64,000 nt of DNA from Candidatus Omnitrophota bacterium (GTDB lineage Bacteria; Omnitrophota; Gorgyraeia; Zapsychrales; Fredricksoniimonadaceae). Of the stretch, positions 55,038 to 61,910 are shown piece after piece. A program made the position numbers and the translations under genes. The DNA is taken from positions 67,333 to 131,332 of the forward strand of contig JBAXRK010000003.1 of assembly GCA_037131245.1 (NCBI GenBank), in the 5' to 3' direction. The notes below the pieces were generated by a model. It was not told the origin of the DNA and did not search any database. It saw only the letters and a list, made by a program, of their open reading frames with translations. Positions within the stretch are counted from its first letter, which is position 1, and the number at the start of each line of letters is the position of its first letter.

Positions 55038-55310
55038 ATGCCCACTTACGATTATGAATGCCGGGAATGCGCGCATACCTTTGACGTGCTGCAGTCGATG
55101 TCCGCGCCAAAACTGACCACATGCCCTGAATGCGGCAAGGAAAGCCTGGCCCGCCTGATGGGTAGCGGTAGCGGCGTGATCTTCAAAGGTTCGGGGTTTT
55201 ACGAGACTGATTACAAGAAGAAAGAACCACCCAAGTCTGAAAAGCCTGCTCCGTCGGCGTGTAAATCCTGCCCCGCGGCGGAAGGCGGGGCTTGTCCGTC
55301 CGCTTCATAG
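55038..55310 (+). CDS. FmdB-family zinc-ribbon protein
   Basis: MPTYDYECRECAHTFDVLQSM...CPECG (CxxC...CxxC), 90 aa. Confidence 0.75.
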   Translation: MPTYDYECRECAHTFDVLQSMSAPKLTTCPECGKESLARLMGSGSGVIFKGSGFYETDYKKKEPPKSEKPAPSACKSCPAAEGGACPSAS

Positions 55311-55316
55311 CCGGGT

Positions 55317-56108
55317 ATGAAAAAAGCCTTTACGATCCTTGAAGTCCTGGTGGTGCTATCGGTGATCGCGATTCTTATCGCGGTGGCGATCCCGAGCATC
55401 AAGGGCATGCGCGACGAAGCGAATGTTACTAAAGTCAAAAGTGAACTGCGCACGCTTCAGTCGGCTATTGAATCATACGCGATGCATACCAGCCCTAGGG
55501 CTTACCCGCCTCAATCCAGTCATATGATCGCCGCCTCGCTGGTCCCGGCTCTCCCGCAGATCATTGACGCGACCTTGTACGACCCGTTTGGTGACACGCC
55601 ATCAAGTGAATATACGTACGCGCTTTCTAATGACGGGAAGAGTTACGCGATCTATTCTCTGGGGCCCAACAAGACGAGCGCGACACAAGCGCCGGCGAAT
55701 AATGGGGATGTTGTGACAGGCGGGGATGATGTTGTCGCAACCAATGGACAGGCCGTGAGCGGCGGTGTCGAGGGGGCGGATGGTAATAGTTGCGGTGCCG
55801 GTCAGGTGCTCTCTTCCGGGACGTGCGGGCCAGGCACGATCACGATCGTGGCGGCGACCTTTGGAGCCAATTGCGGAGGCAGCAGCGGTAATGTGACGGG
55901 TATTGTGGCCGGCCTTTGTAACGGGCAGTCTTCGTGTAATTTCAGTGAAGGGGTGCCGGCATGCAGCAGCGGGCCTTTTCCGGACGTAACTCCCGGTTGT
56001 TACAAGGATTTTTCTGTCAGCTATACCTGTTCCGGCAGTGGCAGCAAATCGGCTTCCGCGCCCGCCCGCCAGTGTGAAGGGTATCCCATTTCGCTTTCTT
56101 GCCCGTAA
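55317..56108 (+). CDS. Type IV pilin / T2SS pseudopilin-like protein with a C-terminal Cys-rich SUEL (rhamnose/galactose-binding) lectin-like domain
   Basis: Class III signal MKKA|FTILEVLVVLSVIAILIAVAIPS. The C-terminal ~100 aa (nt ~55785..56105) read SCGAGQVLSSGTCGPGTITIVAATFGANCGG...VAGLCNGQSSCNFS...GPFPDVTPGCYKDFSVSYTC. This follows the SUEL pattern C..g..l.L.C..g..I.I..A.YGR...C...C.G..sC.v.....FgDPC.gt.KyL.V.Y.C. Confidence 0.6.
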   Translation: MKKAFTILEVLVVLSVIAILIAVAIPSIKGMRDEANVTKVKSELRTLQSAIESYAMHTSPRAYPPQSSHMIAASLVPALPQIIDATLYDPFGDTPSSEYTYALSNDGKSYAIYSLGPNKTSATQAPANNGDVVTGGDDVVATNGQAVSGGVEGADGNSCGAGQVLSSGTCGPGTITIVAATFGANCGGSSGNVTGIVAGLCNGQSSCNFSEGVPACSSGPFPDVTPGCYKDFSVSYTCSGSGSKSASAPARQCEGYPISLSCP

Positions 56109-56205
56109 TAGGGCTCTGTCCCCAATTATGTGCCCCTGTCTTGCAAACCCCCTGTTTATAGTACATACTTAACCTTAATCAACATTAAATTAAGGGATAA
56201 GCGCT

Positions 56206-59200
56206 TTGATCCGATTCCGGAAGTGTATCTCAGTCATTCTATTGTGTGTATTCGTAGCGTCCGAGATCCTCGGGCGCTCCGGGAATGCGTTTGCGTCCGT
56301 GCCATTGCCTTCGGCGATCCCCATGGTCGCGCTGACGGCCCCGTTCCATCCCGTTATCCTCCAGGGCCTGCAATTCGATCCTGCTGATCCACTGAAAGTC
56401 GATTTTATCGTTGATGAAGGTGATCGCGCTAATGCCGGTCAAGCGGCATTTGAAGCCGAGACCGCGCAACTGGCCAAATATTTTTTGGCCGGGCTGACTC
56501 TTCCCCGAGGTGATCTGTGGGTGAACCTATCGCCTTACGAAGGCGAGCGGATCATCCCCGAGGCGCTGGGCCAGACAGGGCTCGGTAAAGTTTTCCTTGA
56601 ACAGGATTATCTTCTTAAGAACCTGACCGCCAGCCTGATCCATCCCGATAGCGAGACCGGCAAGCGTTTTTGGGCTGAGGCATATAAGCAGGCCTATGAA
56701 AAGTTAGGCACGACGGATATTCCAGTCGACACCTTTAATAAAGTCTGGATCATCCCCGAAAAGCCTGTGGTGTATGAAAAGCCGGGTGCTTCGCATGTAG
56801 CTTATATCGTCGACGCCCGGTTAAAAGTGATGCTGGACAGCGATTATCTGGCGCAGATAAAGAATGTTGTCTCCGACACCAGTATTTCCAAACAAGCCCT
56901 GCGCGACATTATTGTTCCTATCATCGAAAAAGAAGTCAACGAAGGCGCGGGGTTTGCTCCGTTGCGCCAGGCCTATCAGGCGCTTATTTTGGCCGGATGG
57001 ATGAAAGGAAAAATGAGTTCGGCCGGTGGGTTACTGGCTGGCGGTTATATCAATTTGAACAAGACGGCCGGCGTTGAGCACGGCGAGCAGGGCTTGAAGG
57101 ATCGTGTTTGGAACGCCTATCTTGAAGCGTTCCAAAAGGGCGTGTTTAATTTTATCCGTGAAGAAAAAGATCCGGCAACGGATGAGGTCCTCCCGCGCAA
57201 GTATTTCTCCGGCGGGTTCGATTTTGACGCGGCGGAAACGCCTTTAATAGTCGGCGCGTTACAGGCCCCGCTTTCGGGGTCACGCAAAAAGGTGACCTTT
57301 CGGTTTGATCCGCTGCGGGAGTTATCGAAGGCTTCTGGCCTTTCGGCCGTCGCAGCCGCGTCCCGGGAAGTGCCGTGGTCTTTTCTGGATGCCGAAGGGT
57401 ATGAAGCCCGCCAGCTCTTGAGCCGTTCCGGTGAGGATGCTCCGGAACTGCTGATCGTGACGCTCCGTCAGCACGGGTCGACGGTCCCTGACGCCAACAT
57501 TATCTTTGAGTTGTTCCCGCAACAGAAGCTTATCCGTTCCAAGATCTTCATGCCTGCCTTTCCTAAAGACGGCACCGATCGGTCGCCGGCGCTTTTGCGG
57601 CATATTTTTGAGGAGGGGGGATTTGCCGGTTGGCGTTTTTTGGCCAATGCAGCGCCTTCCCAGGCCCGTTCGCTGGCAGCCATGACTGATTTTAAGGTAG
57701 AAATTTCACCTGGGTTCCTGGGCCTAGAGCGTCGCGCGGCATTCAAGCCGGCGGTCAAGGCCGCGACACAAAGCGTGGTGTCCGGTCACGGCCCGGGCCA
57801 GTCTTTGCTGCGGGCGATCAAGGAGTCGAATGTTTTCGGGATCATCCCCGGCAACGTTGATCCGGCCCAGCGTGATGCGGCCGAGAGCACGCGCAAGGAG
57901 CTGGTCAATGACCTGATGGCAAGAGCCAAGCGGGTTCAGGCGGGGTTTAATATTCCGTTTTTACATATGGAGCCGGTGTTTCGTCATATTTTCGCCAATG
58001 GGCTGCTGCGGATGAGGCTGATGTCGGACGCGCTCGAACTCCGGGTGGAACCCGAGTTCCTAAGGCAGATATTGCAAGGACTGGAGAGCGAATTTAACAT
58101 CATTGACGAATTGCTCACGACCTTTAGTGATCCTGATCTGGCGTTTGTGTGGGCCCGTGGGTATATCCGTCATTATGATCAGAACGCCGCCAATAGCGGG
58201 CAGGGGCGAGACCTTTACGGCGCGGCGAAGCTCTTTGTTGACGGGCAGGGAACGAAGCGCTTGGCCGCGATCGCGGTGGATATGCGCGAGCTTAGCCGTG
58301 TCTGGAAAGAAAACACCGCTTCGCTGCATGCCGATGTTACCCGGCTCCTGGTATTGTCCGGTGAGCCCTATCAGATTGTTTTTTCTTCTTCAGCTCGAAA
58401 GTTCATCCCGGTAAGCGGAGAGCTGACGTCAGAAATTTTCAAGAAACGGGAGACGATCAATTTGCAGGACGCGCAGGACGGGGATTTTGTGTACCATCCC
58501 AGGATAGCCGTTGGATTTTCCACGCTCGCGGTGCGGGGGCTGGTCGATGAGGATGTGCACGGCGGCGCCAACAAGGATTTTCGTCATTGGGAATGGCTTC
58601 TGGACGGGGCTATATGGGAGCTGCTTAAGAACGCCCATCAGGGCCGGTACGGCCGCAAGGACGGGATCAAGAATGTCAGCGTGGAAGTGAGCGTTGCGGC
58701 AGAGGTGCTCAGGATCATTATTAAGGACGACGGGGAGGGGATGGACCGCGGGTATTTTGAACTTCTCAGGCGCGGCAGGGACGCCGTCAAGGAGGTATCG
58801 ACGAAAGAGTTCACTGATATCCATGGCCAGGGGCTCGGGGTCGGGGATAGTATTTTGCATCTTAACCAGATCGGCGGTACCGTCAGGATCGATAATCGCC
58901 CACAGGAGGATTTTCCGAAGGATCACGGGGTGACGTATACCATCGAGATCCCGGTTGCCGCCTCTTCGGTGAACGCCGCTGAAATGACAGCCGCGGCGCG
59001 GAAGGTTTTGCTGAGAAAGTTCGACGAAATGTTCAAGTCTTTCTTTGCGGGCAGAGAGCTTCTTTTGGCGAAGCTAGGCCGGGCCGACGAGCCTCTCTAT
59101 CGTCCGTTCATGGAGGCGGCCGATCATGTGTCGCAGGACGCGATGGCGCTCAATTTCTTTGGGGCCCTTCTAAGGGGGCAGGGTCCTGGACCGGCAGTGG

Positions 59201-61809
59201 ATGATTGGGAAAAACTTAACCGTGATATGGTGAGATTCAAGGCGGATGTTGAGGCCATTTTTGTGGAACCTCAGGGTTTGCGGTCCTGGGCCGCTGCGTA
59301 TATGTCGGTAACGAAAAAGGATGACGCAAGCTTGCGCAGCGAACTGGCACGATTTATCCTCAAGGATCGTGCGGGGGAGTGGAATAATCCGGCGTTCTCT
59401 AAAGCATGGTTGACTTACCGGCGGATGTTCGATTCAAGTTGGAAGGAATTCCGCGATGTCTTCAATGCGTATAAACCGGCGGGCGTGGCGGGTATTGACG
59501 CGGCCGAGGGAGTTGAGCCAGGCCGTGAGGCGCTGGTCATTGAGTTGCTGAAAGCACTTCGCGAGATCGACCGGTTCCCGGGCGGCATTGCGTCGTTCCC
59601 CAAATTGTTCCAGTCCGTTGTGCACGGAGCGGTGACGCCTTTTGTGGCCGGGTATCTTTTGGAGGAAATGCCGTCGAACGCGATCGCCTATGAGAAGAGC
59701 GCGTCGGGCACGTGGCAGGAGGTCAGCCTTTCGCGCCTGAAGGCGATGCCCGGGGCTTTTGCTTCCCGTGTTGATATTTATGCCATGCCCTCAAAGATCT
59801 CAGGCATTGTTCCCGCCGTGGTCCTTATTTCGGACGCCGCCGAGAAGTTCACCGATCCCGACGCGTATGATCAGCGCCTGATGATGACGCCGACCCAGGC
59901 ATTGGCGCGGTCTTTGTGGTTCGATCCGGAGCATTTGGGGCTCGCCGACCTGGCTTTTGAGAAAATGATCAAGGCATCCGTGCAGCATTACCTGGCGTTG
60001 AGAAGTTGGGTGCCGCAAGATGACCTTCGGGTAGCCGCAAAAGAGATCATGATGACGCTGGGGCTTAACCGGGAGGCGTTTAACCGGCGCTTCTTTGCGG
60101 ATAACCTTTGGGCGCTTGATATCGGCGATCATCAGATCCTGATAAAGAAGTACTCTGGATTGTGTTTCGATTATTCGAAATTTATAGCGTCCCAGGACGG
60201 CAGTCCTTTCGGGATCCCTAATGAAGTGCGGGGGCATCTTTATTTCTTGCTTGGCGTTGAGTTCATGCATTTGAGGGACGCGTTCTCTAGCCTGATCCTG
60301 GCGATGGGGCGTGAGCACTGGAATGGGGTCAATGGGCATTTGGGGGCACTTAGGGGCGCCATTAAGTCTTACAGCCCCGCGGACGATATCCTTAAGCGCG
60401 TTGGTGACCTCCAGGACAGCGTCACGCGCGCCGAGGGGGCCCTTTATCGCCGGCAAATGCCGCGGGTCCTTTTTGAGACGGATGAATTCCTGAAAACGGC
60501 CCTGCGGGCTTTGGCGCATTCCGAAAAATTGACGGTGGAGGCCCGGCATGAGCTTGTCAGCGGCTTTGTTGTTTCCGCCGAACTTATCGACCGGGTCATT
60601 GATCTGCGCGAGCCGGTCCGTGATGAAAGCGAGGCGCAGCTGGCGTCGCGTCTCTACGCCGAGAAGCAGGCGATGAAATTGTACGAAAATCTTCAGGGGA
60701 TCGAGATCAGGCTGTTTGCCGGGCTAGAGCCCGAAGCGGATCGTTCACAGTCTTTGGCGGCATCGGCTCATCCGCCGATGACGCAAGATATGATGACCTG
60801 GCCGGAGCATGTTCGCGACCGGGCGCGGGTCCTGGAGGCCGGGGGGCGTCATATCGCTGCCGCACGGGATGGTTCTCCGCTTCGGTATCTTAAGGCGGCT
60901 TTTGTCCCTTACGAGGAGACGGTCTCATCTTCCAGGCAGGATATTTATGATGCGGATGAACGGGCCGTCAGCAAGTTTGGCCCGGTGCGCAACAGGATCA
61001 ATCTTTGGGCTAATGATCAGGATGCCCGCCTGCTGATCCTGGAACTGGTCAGAGACGTAGAGGCGGGAACTCCCCTGATCGACGAGAAAGACTTCTTGGA
61101 CCGGCTCAATGCTATTAATATCGCTTTGATCAAGAGCGCGGTGCCGGATGAAGAGAATTATTATTACAGCCGGATGTTTTTTAATCGGACGCTGTTGGAA
61201 AAGATATCGGGGATCGATCGTATCGCGGGGAAAATGCTCACGCCGGCGTTGACACTCGGGCGTTCGGGGCGGCTTTTGGTCCAGTTCAAGCGTTTGATCA
61301 ATGAGATCGAGCATCGCGACCAGTATTCGATGGATTCGTTCCTTGATGCGCTGGAGGCCTTTTACCGGGAGATCATGCGCGGGCAAAGCGGCGAGGATGA
61401 GTTCTTGTTCAAGTCCGGGAATAATTCGCTGGCGATGAACATGGTCAATGCCTTCCTGCGGTTGAACGGGTTGAAGGGGATATCTCACGGCGACCTTGAG
61501 TTTAACGTCCGTGCCGGTCAGCAGGCGGGTTTGCGGGAGGCGTTCAAGCGGCAGATCCAGCAGGCCAATAGCGCGCTGGATTGGACCGCGCCGGCCAAGG
61601 GGCAGGTTGACCGGGCTGAGGCTCCTAATGGAGGTATTGACCTTGGGGCTGCCCTCGCTCCTGTTACACAAGGAGATGTAGGTTCAGGTGACGTTCTTGC
61701 GATGCCGATGACAGCTGATGCGGGCGCTTTGCTTGGTTTTTCGCCGGTCTTGATCGGGATCAAACCGATCGATGACCTTCCTTCGATCTTAGGCCTTTCA
61801 GGAAAATAA
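56206..61809 (+). CDS. Giant (1867-aa) secreted multidomain protein with a conserved N-module, a GHKL-type ATPase core and a degenerate Fic-like motif
   Basis: TTG start with AAGGGA upstream. Signal peptide MIRFRKCISVILLCVFVASEILGRSGNAFA. The N-module (nt 56206..~57220) is paralogous to the next gene. GHKL boxes lie at nt ~58578..58955 (ELLKNA; IIKDDGEGM; HGQGLGVG; TYTIEIP). A Fic-like motif lies at nt ~61402..61470 (FLFKSGNNSLAMNMVNAFLRLNG). The C-terminal tail reads GGIDL...GFSPVLIGIKPIDDLPSILGL. Confidence 0.75.
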   Translation: MIRFRKCISVILLCVFVASEILGRSGNAFASVPLPSAIPMVALTAPFHPVILQGLQFDPADPLKVDFIVDEGDRANAGQAAFEAETAQLAKYFLAGLTLPRGDLWVNLSPYEGERIIPEALGQTGLGKVFLEQDYLLKNLTASLIHPDSETGKRFWAEAYKQAYEKLGTTDIPVDTFNKVWIIPEKPVVYEKPGASHVAYIVDARLKVMLDSDYLAQIKNVVSDTSISKQALRDIIVPIIEKEVNEGAGFAPLRQAYQALILAGWMKGKMSSAGGLLAGGYINLNKTAGVEHGEQGLKDRVWNAYLEAFQKGVFNFIREEKDPATDEVLPRKYFSGGFDFDAAETPLIVGALQAPLSGSRKKVTFRFDPLRELSKASGLSAVAAASREVPWSFLDAEGYEARQLLSRSGEDAPELLIVTLRQHGSTVPDANIIFELFPQQKLIRSKIFMPAFPKDGTDRSPALLRHIFEEGGFAGWRFLANAAPSQARSLAAMTDFKVEISPGFLGLERRAAFKPAVKAATQSVVSGHGPGQSLLRAIKESNVFGIIPGNVDPAQRDAAESTRKELVNDLMARAKRVQAGFNIPFLHMEPVFRHIFANGLLRMRLMSDALELRVEPEFLRQILQGLESEFNIIDELLTTFSDPDLAFVWARGYIRHYDQNAANSGQGRDLYGAAKLFVDGQGTKRLAAIAVDMRELSRVWKENTASLHADVTRLLVLSGEPYQIVFSSSARKFIPVSGELTSEIFKKRETINLQDAQDGDFVYHPRIAVGFSTLAVRGLVDEDVHGGANKDFRHWEWLLDGAIWELLKNAHQGRYGRKDGIKNVSVEVSVAAEVLRIIIKDDGEGMDRGYFELLRRGRDAVKEVSTKEFTDIHGQGLGVGDSILHLNQIGGTVRIDNRPQEDFPKDHGVTYTIEIPVAASSVNAAEMTAAARKVLLRKFDEMFKSFFAGRELLLAKLGRADEPLYRPFMEAADHVSQDAMALNFFGALLRGQGPGPAVDDWEKLNRDMVRFKADVEAIFVEPQGLRSWAAAYMSVTKKDDASLRSELARFILKDRAGEWNNPAFSKAWLTYRRMFDSSWKEFRDVFNAYKPAGVAGIDAAEGVEPGREALVIELLKALREIDRFPGGIASFPKLFQSVVHGAVTPFVAGYLLEEMPSNAIAYEKSASGTWQEVSLSRLKAMPGAFASRVDIYAMPSKISGIVPAVVLISDAAEKFTDPDAYDQRLMMTPTQALARSLWFDPEHLGLADLAFEKMIKASVQHYLALRSWVPQDDLRVAAKEIMMTLGLNREAFNRRFFADNLWALDIGDHQILIKKYSGLCFDYSKFIASQDGSPFGIPNEVRGHLYFLLGVEFMHLRDAFSSLILAMGREHWNGVNGHLGALRGAIKSYSPADDILKRVGDLQDSVTRAEGALYRRQMPRVLFETDEFLKTALRALAHSEKLTVEARHELVSGFVVSAELIDRVIDLREPVRDESEAQLASRLYAEKQAMKLYENLQGIEIRLFAGLEPEADRSQSLAASAHPPMTQDMMTWPEHVRDRARVLEAGGRHIAAARDGSPLRYLKAAFVPYEETVSSSRQDIYDADERAVSKFGPVRNRINLWANDQDARLLILELVRDVEAGTPLIDEKDFLDRLNAINIALIKSAVPDEENYYYSRMFFNRTLLEKISGIDRIAGKMLTPALTLGRSGRLLVQFKRLINEIEHRDQYSMDSFLDALEAFYREIMRGQSGEDEFLFKSGNNSLAMNMVNAFLRLNGLKGISHGDLEFNVRAGQQAGLREAFKRQIQQANSALDWTAPAKGQVDRAEAPNGGIDLGAALAPVTQGDVGSGDVLAMPMTADAGALLGFSPVLIGIKPIDDLPSILGLSGK

Positions 61810-61910
61810 AGGCGTCATTTTCTTTGTTTCCCGTGCCCTTGAAATCACCTATATATATGGTATCCTTTCTTGATTTGGTGGAGTGCCCAAAAAAACGTGA
61901 TGGAGCTGAA

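Noticed and set aside
56130-56387. An 85-aa + strand ORF overlapping the start of the giant gene.
   Set aside because: It is in a different frame from the 1867-aa ORF, whose signal peptide and paralog alignment begin at 56206. It has no RBS or motif.
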